IMG/VR virus record: IMGVR_UViG_3300010203_000019
Location: 1 to 34,338 of that record
Direction: 5' to 3' (one strand)
Source: a virus
Lineage: Duplodnaviria > Caudoviricetes
DNA: 34,338 bases
In this document: positions 8,951 through 17,462 of the stretch, piece after piece
Layout: each line of letters opens with the position of its first letter
Position numbering within the stretch: the stretch's first letter is position 1
Program-made: the position numbers and the translations under genes
Notes under the pieces: generated by a model
What the model saw: the letters and a program-made list of their open reading frames with translations, nothing else
Database searches by the model: none
Told to the model about the DNA's origin: nothing

Positions 8951-9330
8951 GCCGCATCGCCATTCTCGATCTCAAGGACGCGCTCCTGCAGCCGCTGTGC
9001 GAGACCTACCTCGAAGACGTCGAGGATTGGATCATCGAACAGGCTTCGGCGGCTGGCGTCGAGGAAGCCGACATCCTCCCGGTGCTGGGAAAGCGTGCCA
9101 AGCGTGCGGCGGTCCTGTACCTGGCTGTCGCCACGTGCCTGGGTGAAGCTGCGCAGAACCAGCACACCATGAGCGGCGAAGGCAAGGACGTATTCCTGGT
9201 CAAGATGGGCGCCTACCAAAAGCAGCTCGACAGGATCATGGCCGCGATGACAGCTTCTGACTGGAGTGGATCGACGGACGATTCCGAAGACACCCCGACC
9301 AACCTTTGCGCGGAGATCGAACGTGGTTGA
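8947..9330 (+). CDS. Putative head-tail adaptor
   Basis: 127 aa helical protein ending in ERG, in the neck cluster; ATGA overlap. Confidence 0.55.
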   Translation: MSRIAILDLKDALLQPLCETYLEDVEDWIIEQASAAGVEEADILPVLGKRAKRAAVLYLAVATCLGEAAQNQHTMSGEGKDVFLVKMGAYQKQLDRIMAAMTASDWSGSTDDSEDTPTNLCAEIERG

Positions 9331-9823
9331 TCGATTCGACATTCCCGCCTTCTGGGTGCTCCTGCACAACGACCTCGAAGCGTGGCTCAAGGACGACGCT
9401 GGCGTGGCCGCGCTTCTCACCAAGAACGCTCCTGGTGGACCGGCTTTCGTGGACGTTGCCCAGGGCATCACGCCCAGCGTTCCAGCGCCGTGCATTCGCA
9501 TCCTTCGCGGCAACGAAGGTCGACAGGAATTGACGTGCTTCGTCACCGACTCGATCCCTGGCCAGATCGAAATCGACCTCGCCTTGTGCAGCCAGAGCGT
9601 TGCGCCTCGCGACAAGGATCTCTCCGCCCGCGCTCCCTGGGATGCGCTGGCCTTGCTCGAACGCGCCACCCTGGCAGCGCTTCGCCGGTACTTCGCTCGC
9701 GGGTTGTCGAAGATTCTCGGCGCTCCGTTCGAAGCCTCTGTCGCATCGATCACGCCCACCGATGGCGGGTACTACCCGGTCGTGGGCTCCACCATCTCCA
9801 TCATCCTCAACAAGGCAGAATGA
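9323..9823 (+). CDS. Putative tail terminator/neck protein
   Basis: Position before the tail tube; P.IRI beta motif; GTG start with GGAG upstream. Confidence 0.5.
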   Translation: MVDRFDIPAFWVLLHNDLEAWLKDDAGVAALLTKNAPGGPAFVDVAQGITPSVPAPCIRILRGNEGRQELTCFVTDSIPGQIEIDLALCSQSVAPRDKDLSARAPWDALALLERATLAALRRYFARGLSKILGAPFEASVASITPTDGGYYPVVGSTISIILNKAE

Positions 9824-9825
9824 CC

Positions 9826-10032
9826 ATGGCCCGCAACGCAGCCACCACCGACGCACCGGAGAGCGCCACCGAGGCGGCTCCCGTCACCCTGGAATCGGTC
9901 AATCCCGAAGCCGCGCGCCTGATCGACGACTTCGTGCAGGCTCACCTCCCTCCGGAAGCGTGGCAGCAGCAGGCCGCATTCCGCGACCGCGAAGCCCTCA
10001 AGCTCTCCCTCGCCACCCTCTTCACCAAGTAA
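9826..10032 (+). CDS. Small hypothetical protein
   Basis: MARNAATTDAPES..., 68 aa, phage-like codon usage, fills the gap before the tail tube. Confidence 0.6.
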   Translation: MARNAATTDAPESATEAAPVTLESVNPEAARLIDDFVQAHLPPEAWQQQAAFRDREALKLSLATLFTK

Positions 10033-10041
10033 GGACAGAAA

Positions 10042-10779
10042 ATGTCACTCCTACAGATCGGGGCGGGTGCCGCCTACATCATGGACCTCACCCAGACGCC
10101 CGCGCAGCGCGTCGAGCCGGGATTGATCAAGGGCGGGAAGGTCTCCTTCAAGCAGAAGATGGAATTCGAGAGCGGTGCTATGCAGATGGCCATGTACGCC
10201 GCCGCCCTCGAAACCGAGATCACCGGCGAAGTGACATTCAAGGCGCTGGACATCGCGCTCCTGAAGGCCGTGGGTCTGGCTCAGCTTTCGGGCGGCTCGG
10301 GACTGTCGCGCATTGCCGTGATCGCGGACCCCAAGACCGTGGCGACCACCGTCACGCTGACCGGCTCCACCGACATCCTGTCGATCCGCGACACGACCAC
10401 CGGCATCTACTACAAGAAGGTGGCGTCTGCTCCGGCGACCGGGCAGTATTCGTTCGTCGCTGGCACCGTGACCTTCGCCGCGGCGGATGTGGGCAAGTTC
10501 GTGGCGATCTCCTGGATCAAAGCTTCGGCCACGGAAAACAACAAGCTCAACCTGGTCAACGCAGCCCAACAGCAGGCGCAGTACTTCGGAATCGAAGGCC
10601 TTGGCGTGTTCGACGGCAAGCAGGCCTATTACAACTTCCCTCGCGTCGTCGCGACGGACCTTCCCGACCCGTTCGGAGCCGGTGACAAGTTCGCCGATCG
10701 GAAGCTGACCTTCAAGGTCGTGGCGGATCCGATCACGGGCGCCATCGGTGAAATCTCGCTGACGGAGACCTTGACGTGA
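10042..10779 (+). CDS. Major tail (tube) protein
   Basis: 245 aa beta-rich with an Ig-like insert (PATGQYS...TFAAADVGK.V.ISW), upstream of chaperones and TMP; no sheath gene present. Confidence 0.8.
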   Translation: MSLLQIGAGAAYIMDLTQTPAQRVEPGLIKGGKVSFKQKMEFESGAMQMAMYAAALETEITGEVTFKALDIALLKAVGLAQLSGGSGLSRIAVIADPKTVATTVTLTGSTDILSIRDTTTGIYYKKVASAPATGQYSFVAGTVTFAAADVGKFVAISWIKASATENNKLNLVNAAQQQAQYFGIEGLGVFDGKQAYYNFPRVVATDLPDPFGAGDKFADRKLTFKVVADPITGAIGEISLTETLT

Positions 10780-11249
10780 GCACCGCAAAAGTCACCCTCG
10801 ACGGGCAGGACTTCACGCTGTCGGCCATCCCCATGCGGCAAATGGCCAAGCTCTGGAAGAAGTTCACGATCCTCATCTCGCTGGTGCTGGCAGTACTCAA
10901 GGCCATCGGCACCGTGGGCAAGGAAATGAATCTCCAGGGCTCCGAAACTCCGAACGTCGGACAGATCCTGTCGGCAATCGGAAGCGGGGCCATCACCGAC
11001 GCGCTGGAAAGCGTATTGGAAAAGGCGTCGGAAGAGCAGATCGATGCCCTGATGGACATCCTCTTCTTCAGCGTTTCGCGTGTGCACAAAAACCTTGAAC
11101 AATCTGCTTTCGACGAGATGGTCACCTTGGCCAACGTGCCGCCCCTGGTAATGGCGTTCCTGGAAGCCCAGGGAATCAAACTCACCAAGGATGACCCGAA
11201 GGACAAGAGCGCCGAATCGGGGGAAGCTCAGGCGGCTCCGACCGCCTAG
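10776..11249 (+). CDS. Tail assembly chaperone (gpG-like)
   Basis: Between tube and TMP; ends shortly after a G-GGG-GAA slippery site. Confidence 0.8.
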   Translation: MSTAKVTLDGQDFTLSAIPMRQMAKLWKKFTILISLVLAVLKAIGTVGKEMNLQGSETPNVGQILSAIGSGAITDALESVLEKASEEQIDALMDILFFSVSRVHKNLEQSAFDEMVTLANVPPLVMAFLEAQGIKLTKDDPKDKSAESGEAQAAPTA

Positions 11250-11569
11250 AAGACTTCGACCTGGTCGAATGGGTGGCGTGGCTCTGCGCGGCATCCGGTT
11301 GGCCTTGGTCCGAGGTTGGGGCGATGACACTTCCCGAAGCGATGGCAATGGGCAGGGCGTGGAAGAAAGTCCCACCCCTGCCTTTGCTTTTGAATGGGGT
11401 CGTGAATGCGCTCACGGGTAGGACAGAAAGCGTCGAGGACGAGAAGGAAGCGCCCGTCGACCCGGCTGTACAAGCGGGATATGACAAGTGGATGGCTGAC
11501 CATCTCGACAAGGTCCAGGCGAGCGGGGGGATGGTCTCGAACATGGTGATCCAGGCACAGGGGGAGTAG
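11219..11569 (+). CDS. Tail assembly chaperone gpT-like extension reached by -1 frameshift
   Basis: GGGGGAA at 11219-11225; the -1 frame is open from there (GGSSGGSDRLEDFDLVEWVAWLC...) to TAG 11569; GW...EV..MT motif. Confidence 0.75.
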   Translation, partial: GGSSGGSDRLEDFDLVEWVAWLCAASGWPWSEVGAMTLPEAMAMGRAWKKVPPLPLLLNGVVNALTGRTESVEDEKEAPVDPAVQAGYDKWMADHLDKVQASGGMVSNMVIQAQGE

Positions 11570-13813
11570 ATGGCGAACGTGATCGAGGTGCTGATCAAGG
11601 GGCTTGTCTCGGATGAGTTCAAGAAGGCCTTGGACCAGGCGTCACAATCTGTCGAAGGATTCGCCAACAAGGTCGGCCAGTCCGTCGAGAACATCAACAA
11701 GCGATTCGAGGGGATGAACAAGGGTTTCGAGGCCCTCGGGAAATCCATGGTCGGCATTGGTGTCGCGCTCTCGATCGGCATCACCGCGCCAACCGTCGCG
11801 CTGGCAGCGGGTGCCGTCCAGGCCGGCGCGAACATCGAGAAGCTGACCGTCGCCTTCCAGCCGCTTCTTGGGTCGGCCCAGGCAGCGACGAAACGAATGG
11901 CGGAGCTGCAGCAGTTCGCGAACCTGACGCCCTTCGAGCTTCCGGAGGTGGCCAAGGCATCGCGCATGCTCGAGGTGATGACCAAGGGCGTCCTGGCCAC
12001 TGGCGACGCCCTACGCATGGTGGGTGACATCGCGTCTGGGGTCGGGCAAGGGTTCGATGAGGTCGCCATGTGGGTCGGTCGTCTGTACGACGGACTCAAG
12101 AGCGGGCGCCCTGTCGGCGAAGCAACGATGCGCCTGCAGGAGATGGGGGCGATGTCCGGGGACACTCGGAACAAGCTCGAAGAGATGGCAAAGACCGGCG
12201 CGAAATTCTCGGAAGTTTGGGCGGTCGCCACCCAGGCCTTTGGGCGCTTCGCTGGGGGCATGGAGCTGCAGGCGAATACCGTCGCGGGAAAGATCTCGAC
12301 GCTCCAGGACAGCGCGAACACAGCGCTCGCGAACCTTGGCCGATCGTTCGAGGACACCACAAAGAAAGTTCTCGATCTGGCAACGGCGCTGATGGACAAG
12401 CTCGGAGCGTTGGCGCAATGGTTTGGAGATCTTCCGGAGCCCGTGAAGATGGTCACCTTGGCCATTGTCGCGTTAGTCGCCGCGATTGGCCCGCTTCTCG
12501 TGGCCTTCGGCGGCATCTTGCTTGCGATTCCTGGTCTGATTGCCGGATGGGGCGCGCTTAGTGCTGCGCTTGGAGTCACTGCCGCTGGGATCGGAGCTTT
12601 GGTTCTCCCAATCACTTTGGTGGTCGCTGCGATCGCGTCGTGGGCAATCGTCGTCCTTGAGCTACGTGACGCCTACAAGGCTTACCGTGAGGAAAAGGAG
12701 CGGGACAAAAGCATCGAGAAGGCTACAGACGATGCCCTTGAGCGTCGTGGCGTTGGGTTAGAGCATCGCAAGGCTCTGCGAAAAGCTGGATACGACGTTG
12801 GCATGGGATCGGAGACAAGCCAGTCCCAGGGTGCGGGGAGTTTCGCCACCTACATGGAGCAGCAGGGCGCTGCGAAGGCCGCTTCAGACGCCGCCGCCGC
12901 GAAGGTGCACGAAGAGTTCGTCAAGACCGACCGTGCCACGCTGATCGCAAAGGAAAACGAGCGGTACAAGGAACAGAAGGCGGCTTTGGGCGACAATGTC
13001 GCAGCGATCAAGGAGCTCAACGCGCTGCACAAGATCGCCCTGGAAGACATCGACAAGAAGGTGGGATACAAGCCGGTCAAGGCCGCTGCCAAGGTCGACG
13101 CCAAAGATCAGCAGCTGGCCAAGAATTTCGAAGCGCTTGGGCAGGAGAGGAATGCTGACGCGGCACTGGCTGAAGAGGAAGCGCGACTCATTGCGGAAGT
13201 GACGGCCGAGAACGAGCGCATCAAGAAAGCTGGCCGCGATGATGCGCGCAAGGCGCTTGCTGAACAGAAGAAGGCAGAAGACGCGCTCGACCAGAAGCGG
13301 CGCGATCAAGTTCGCTGGATCGGCGCCCAAATGGGAGCCATGTTGTCGCCGATCGTCAACGGCTTCTCGTCCGCACTTTCCCAACTGTTCGCCAAGGGCC
13401 ACGTCAGCGTGACAAACATCGTCAAGACCATCCGCGAAGGCCTTGCGCAAGCCGCGGCGGAATTCATCACCAAGATGGCCGTGGGCGGCGTGCTGAAGCT
13501 CATCGGCGGCGCTGTGGGCGGTCCTCTCGGTGGCGGCCTGATGAGCTACGCCACGGGCCTGATGGGCTTCGCGGTGGGGACGCCTCGGGTGCCGCGTGAC
13601 ATGCTTGCCCAGATCCACAGCGGGGAAGGAATCATCCCTTCGAACTTCATGGACGCCATCCGCGCGGGCGACTTGACCCTTGGCGGCCCTGGTGGCGGTG
13701 GTGGTCATTCCGCTTCCCTGGTGCTCGGCTCCGACATCATGGCCGCGATCAAGGATCAAGGGTATGCCCTGGCCAAGATCGTCCTCGAACAAGGAAGGGT
13801 GTCCTTCGCATGA
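11570..13813 (+). CDS. Tape measure protein
   Basis: 747 aa Ala/Gly-rich; tape measure domain (TPFELPEVAKASRML), hydrophobic middle, C-terminal FAVGT..VP.DM.A.IH.GE motif. Confidence 0.92.
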   Translation: MANVIEVLIKGLVSDEFKKALDQASQSVEGFANKVGQSVENINKRFEGMNKGFEALGKSMVGIGVALSIGITAPTVALAAGAVQAGANIEKLTVAFQPLLGSAQAATKRMAELQQFANLTPFELPEVAKASRMLEVMTKGVLATGDALRMVGDIASGVGQGFDEVAMWVGRLYDGLKSGRPVGEATMRLQEMGAMSGDTRNKLEEMAKTGAKFSEVWAVATQAFGRFAGGMELQANTVAGKISTLQDSANTALANLGRSFEDTTKKVLDLATALMDKLGALAQWFGDLPEPVKMVTLAIVALVAAIGPLLVAFGGILLAIPGLIAGWGALSAALGVTAAGIGALVLPITLVVAAIASWAIVVLELRDAYKAYREEKERDKSIEKATDDALERRGVGLEHRKALRKAGYDVGMGSETSQSQGAGSFATYMEQQGAAKAASDAAAAKVHEEFVKTDRATLIAKENERYKEQKAALGDNVAAIKELNALHKIALEDIDKKVGYKPVKAAAKVDAKDQQLAKNFEALGQERNADAALAEEEARLIAEVTAENERIKKAGRDDARKALAEQKKAEDALDQKRRDQVRWIGAQMGAMLSPIVNGFSSALSQLFAKGHVSVTNIVKTIREGLAQAAAEFITKMAVGGVLKLIGGAVGGPLGGGLMSYATGLMGFAVGTPRVPRDMLAQIHSGEGIIPSNFMDAIRAGDLTLGGPGGGGGHSASLVLGSDIMAAIKDQGYALAKIVLEQGRVSFA

Positions 13814-14490
13814 GCAACGTCTTTTTCCCCTTCGTCGATGGCTTGGGCAAGCAGATCCAACTCAAGGTCGAGACGATCGCGCCCCAGTTCTCCACCGACG
13901 TGCAGCGCTCCCAGGGTGGCGCCGAGTTCCGGGTGTCGCGCTGGGCAATGCCGCGCTGGTCGTGGAAGATCTCGCTCCCGATCCTTCCCGACTCGTCAAA
14001 TTCTGACGCCTACCGGGCCATCGTTGGGTTCTTCATGGATCGCCAAGGCATGGCCGACAGCTTCCTTTGGTGCCCACCAACGGACGCGTCGAGCATTGCC
14101 GACAGCTTCACGGGAAAGGGCGCCCGGTTGAACGCGGTCCAGATCGGGATCGGCGACGGCACGCAACTGGTGTTCCCTGTGGTCCGGCCCTTCGGTGGTG
14201 GGACGTACCCCTACGGCAAGCGCGCCGAGCTCGTCCAGTGGATCGACACACGGAACTTCACCCCGCTGGGGGAGCATGGCTCCAATGCTGTCTCGCCTCC
14301 TGGAATCGTGTCCAACGGAATGGGGAAGGCCATCGTTTTCCCGACCGCGCCGGCGGCTGGCGTACCGGTTACGGTGACCTGCGATGTCGCATACCGGGTG
14401 CGATTCGGTAAAGACTCGATGGATTTTCGGCACTGGTGCTGGCAGCTTGAAAAGGGCGGAAGCGTCGAACTGGAACAGGTCTTCGAATGA
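13810..14490 (+). CDS. Distal tail protein, DUF2460-like (GTA-type)
   Basis: FSTDVQRS.GG.E.R, FF..RQG.ADSFLW, IGIGDGT...F, F.TAPAAGVPVT, VRF..D motifs. Confidence 0.8.
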   Translation: MSNVFFPFVDGLGKQIQLKVETIAPQFSTDVQRSQGGAEFRVSRWAMPRWSWKISLPILPDSSNSDAYRAIVGFFMDRQGMADSFLWCPPTDASSIADSFTGKGARLNAVQIGIGDGTQLVFPVVRPFGGGTYPYGKRAELVQWIDTRNFTPLGEHGSNAVSPPGIVSNGMGKAIVFPTAPAAGVPVTVTCDVAYRVRFGKDSMDFRHWCWQLEKGGSVELEQVFE

Positions 14491-15617
14491 TCAACAATCC
14501 GGGCGTGGCGGCCGAGCTCGCCAAAGGGCATGTGACGATTTTTGACGTGGTGACGCTGCGTATCTCGCGTGGGCGGATCATCCGCTTTCCGGGGGCGTCG
14601 GGCACCGGTGGCGTGGCCACGCCCATCGTCGACGCTGTGCGGTGGACGGATGCGCCGGTCCCGCTTCGGGTGTACGAGATCGACGGATCGGGGCCAAATC
14701 TCTTCCAACCGTTGTCGGGTGCCGCGTACAAGCGCGACCGGCTTCGGCAATCCGTCGGCCGGGAAGTGATGCAGCTGGGCGTCTCGGTGACCGGCGATCT
14801 GCCGATCAACCTCTCCACGGCGTGCGACAGCGTGGGCGTGCTCTCGGGATCGTTCGCGACCTCCCTGATGGAACTGTGCCTCCTTGGGCTCCTGGACGGT
14901 GCACGCATCACGGTCGACCAGGTCGTGCTTACATCCGGACAGCTTCCGTCCACGCCCACGGCGGCGGGTGCCGCCTATGGGATCGTCTCGACAATTCCCG
15001 TCCGTAGGTTCGACGGCATCATCCGCAAGGCATCTCCGGAAAACGAGCGCATCACCATGGAGTGCTGCGACCCGCGCATCCTGGGCGGTGGATCGGTACC
15101 GGTGGGGATCTTCTCGCCATCCTGCCGGTGGGACTTCTGCGAAGGGCCGTGTCCTGTGGCGTGGAACCTGGGCGATGCGTCGATGGGCACGCACATCCGC
15201 CTCGCCGGGACGGCGGTGGACTTCCAAGACGGTTCGCGGGTGAAAGTTCTGCTGTCCAACCTGTTCACGGGGGCTGTCGACTTGCTGTCCGCCCGGGAAT
15301 TGGTGTGGGCGATGCTGGTGCCCCTCGACGGGCCGATGATGGGGATGCGCTTCCAGCTGGGTAGCCTGGACGGCACAGGGATGGAAAGCGACACGACCCA
15401 CATCCAATGGCAGTTGGCCGACTCGCTCCCGTGGGTCTGGAGCTGCAACTACTGCCACCTGGAGATCGGGTGCTCCAAGCGACTCCACGCGACCGGAGCG
15501 GAGGCGCAGCCGCGAACCTGCGTGGTTTGGAACGGGCACCCTGTTCGATCGGGCCTCCCAACCAGCTTGCACCGGTTTGGCGGGTTTCCCGACATGCCAC
15601 AGCCGGAGACGGCGTGA
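14487..15617 (+). CDS. Baseplate hub protein, DUF2163/BR0599-like, probable Fe-S cluster
   Basis: FSPSCRWDFCEGPC and C-terminal GCSK...C...FGGFPDMP motif (lambda gpL/GTA hub type). Confidence 0.78.
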   Translation: MINNPGVAAELAKGHVTIFDVVTLRISRGRIIRFPGASGTGGVATPIVDAVRWTDAPVPLRVYEIDGSGPNLFQPLSGAAYKRDRLRQSVGREVMQLGVSVTGDLPINLSTACDSVGVLSGSFATSLMELCLLGLLDGARITVDQVVLTSGQLPSTPTAAGAAYGIVSTIPVRRFDGIIRKASPENERITMECCDPRILGGGSVPVGIFSPSCRWDFCEGPCPVAWNLGDASMGTHIRLAGTAVDFQDGSRVKVLLSNLFTGAVDLLSARELVWAMLVPLDGPMMGMRFQLGSLDGTGMESDTTHIQWQLADSLPWVWSCNYCHLEIGCSKRLHATGAEAQPRTCVVWNGHPVRSGLPTSLHRFGGFPDMPQPETA

Positions 15618-15683
15618 AGCCAGAAACTGGCTTGTAGGAGTAGATTTTCCGACGTCAGCAGCCCGCGACATTTGTTTCGCGGG
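15617..15683 (+). promoter_or_regulatory. Two hairpins and a -10-like TAGATT in front of the inserted nuclease gene
   Basis: AAGCCAG-aaa-CTGGCTT (15617-15633), TAGATT (15641-15646), CCCGCGA-N8-TCGCGGG (15662-15683). Confidence 0.35.
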
Positions 15684-15708
15684 TATCCCATCCCGAAGGG
15701 TGCCAGCG

Positions 15709-16935
15709 ATGTCCGTCGAAAAGCTCAAAATTGTCGCCGATCAGATTCTTTCCCGCCTGCCATCCGTAAAGGGGAGAGGCGAGGAGGCGACAAAGCAAGC
15801 CCTCGTCCTTCCGATGCTTGATGCGCTTGGCTACGACATTTGGAATCCTGCCGAAGTTTGCCCGGAATTTGAAGCCGATTTCGCGATCAAAAAGGCCGGC
15901 CAAAAAGAGAAGGTTGATTTGGCCATCAGCTTGAAGGGCGCCCCGAAGATCTATTTCGAGGTGAAGTCGGTAGATGCTGTTCTCGATGGTCACGAAGGGC
16001 AGCTTGCCCGCTACTTCAACTCGACAACCACGGTGACCCTTGGGGTGTTGACCAACGGCGTTGAATGGCGATTTTTCACCGACACTGGCGACCCGAACGT
16101 GATGGATCAACTGCCGTTCCATGTCGTGAAGTTGGAGTCATTGGATCAAGGGCTCGACATCATGGCTCGGTTCGCGAAGCCGGTGTTTTCCCCGGAAGCC
16201 ATTCGAGAGTTCGCGACAGAACTCAAGTACACGGCCAGCATTGCGGGCTTGCTTCGTGATGAGCTCGACCTGAAGGATCGGGATCCTTCCGAATCGTTCA
16301 TCCGCTGGATTTTGAAGGCCGACAAGATGTACGACGGAATCGTAAATGCAAACGTGGTCGAGCGGTTCCGGCCCATTGTGAAGTCGGCGCTGACGCGGGT
16401 TGTTCGCGAGATCGTTCGTCGATCGGTGAACGCGTTGGATGTCGAGGCCGCCGTCGAAGTTCCGAACGTTGAATCTGCTCCGCAAGCCGAGGACTTGAGT
16501 GTCGAGGCCGATCATTCCGAGGCTGGGCGCGGAATCGTCACAACGGAACGCGAGCTTCGAACCTTCGCAATTGCCAAGGAGGCATTTGAGGCAAGCGACC
16601 TGGCTGGATCTTCAATTTTTGATGCGACTCAGCGGCGGGATGTTCCGATCGAGGTCTCGTACAAGGATACAACCGGGTATTTCGGAATCTTCCTGAATAA
16701 GCCTTCGTGGTGGGTGTTGCGTGTTGTCACCGAAGCAAAGAGGCCTTGGATTGGATTCGCACTCAGCAAGGAGCAGGCGTCGGCGCTGATTCCTGAAGGG
16801 TTTTCCCTTCTCGATCCGCAGGCAGGGTGCGATACCCGCGTTGGAATCTCTGGACCTGAAGACCTCTTAGCCTTGAAGCCGCTTCTCCTTGCAGCGTACA
16901 AGCAAGCAATCGAGGACCGCAAGCCGCGGCCGTAA
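15709..16935 (+). CDS. Stand-alone type I restriction HsdR N-terminal (HSDR_N) PD-(D/E)XK nuclease-domain protein (moron)
   Basis: EEATKQALVLPML.ALGYD..NP.EV.PE, KEKVDLAI, FEVK, QLARYF, LTNG.EWRFF; no helicase motifs. Confidence 0.85.
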   Translation: MSVEKLKIVADQILSRLPSVKGRGEEATKQALVLPMLDALGYDIWNPAEVCPEFEADFAIKKAGQKEKVDLAISLKGAPKIYFEVKSVDAVLDGHEGQLARYFNSTTTVTLGVLTNGVEWRFFTDTGDPNVMDQLPFHVVKLESLDQGLDIMARFAKPVFSPEAIREFATELKYTASIAGLLRDELDLKDRDPSESFIRWILKADKMYDGIVNANVVERFRPIVKSALTRVVREIVRRSVNALDVEAAVEVPNVESAPQAEDLSVEADHSEAGRGIVTTERELRTFAIAKEAFEASDLAGSSIFDATQRRDVPIEVSYKDTTGYFGIFLNKPSWWVLRVVTEAKRPWIGFALSKEQASALIPEGFSLLDPQAGCDTRVGISGPEDLLALKPLLLAAYKQAIEDRKPRP

Positions 16936-16990
16936 GACTGGAAAAAGTGGTAGATTCAATCAGTCAGCACAAAGCCCAGGAGGGTACCCC

Positions 16991-17419
16991 ATGATCCGCG
17001 CAATCCTTTCCGTTGCCGCCGCTGCCGTCTTGGCAGGCTGCATGACCACCGAGAGCTCGCCAGCTGGGCGTGCAATGGCATCGGACTCGAATCCTTCGGG
17101 ATCGGAAGCCCCCAGGCTGACCGTCACGGTGCAAGCTGGGACGAAGGCGTCTCCAGTGGATACCCCGATCGTTAGGATCGAGTGGGCGCACCAAGATTCT
17201 GTCGAGCTCGGATCGGTTGCTGTGCAGAAGGATGGGAACGGATACTCCACTTTTGGAATTCTGGACATCCCGGCAACTCAGGCTTTGATGAAGTGCCAAG
17301 GTACGGGATTCGTAATTCAGAAGGTGAAGTGCAAGGATTCGGTAAAGGTTGTCACGACTGCAAGCCCTCTCCATGCAACGAACTGGGCGTACGATTCGAC
17401 CTGGGTCTACTGCAAATAA
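16991..17419 (+). CDS. Lipoprotein, possible superinfection exclusion (moron)
   Basis: Signal peptide MIRAILSVAAAAV plus lipobox LAGC; AGGAGG RBS; TGgTAGATT extended -10-like site at ~16948-16956. Confidence 0.75.
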   Translation: MIRAILSVAAAAVLAGCMTTESSPAGRAMASDSNPSGSEAPRLTVTVQAGTKASPVDTPIVRIEWAHQDSVELGSVAVQKDGNGYSTFGILDIPATQALMKCQGTGFVIQKVKCKDSVKVVTTASPLHATNWAYDSTWVYCK

Positions 17420-17456
17420 CCCGGACATGTGTCAGGGTTGATCCTTCCGCCATCTT
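17417..17456 (+). promoter_or_regulatory. Putative phage late promoter, copy 3 (upstream of the central tail protein)
   Basis: TAACCCGGACA 17417-17427, CATCTT 17451-17456, ATG 6 nt later. Confidence 0.7.
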
Positions 17457-17462
17457 GGTAGG

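Noticed and set aside
1664-15728. Long antisense or alternate-frame ORFs (e.g. 1664-2707 -, 1789-3234 +, 2601-4415 -, 6292-8157 -, 11182-12615 -, 14211-15728 -)
   Set aside because: Shadow ORFs expected from high GC and codon bias; they overlap genes with clear motifs and have none of their own
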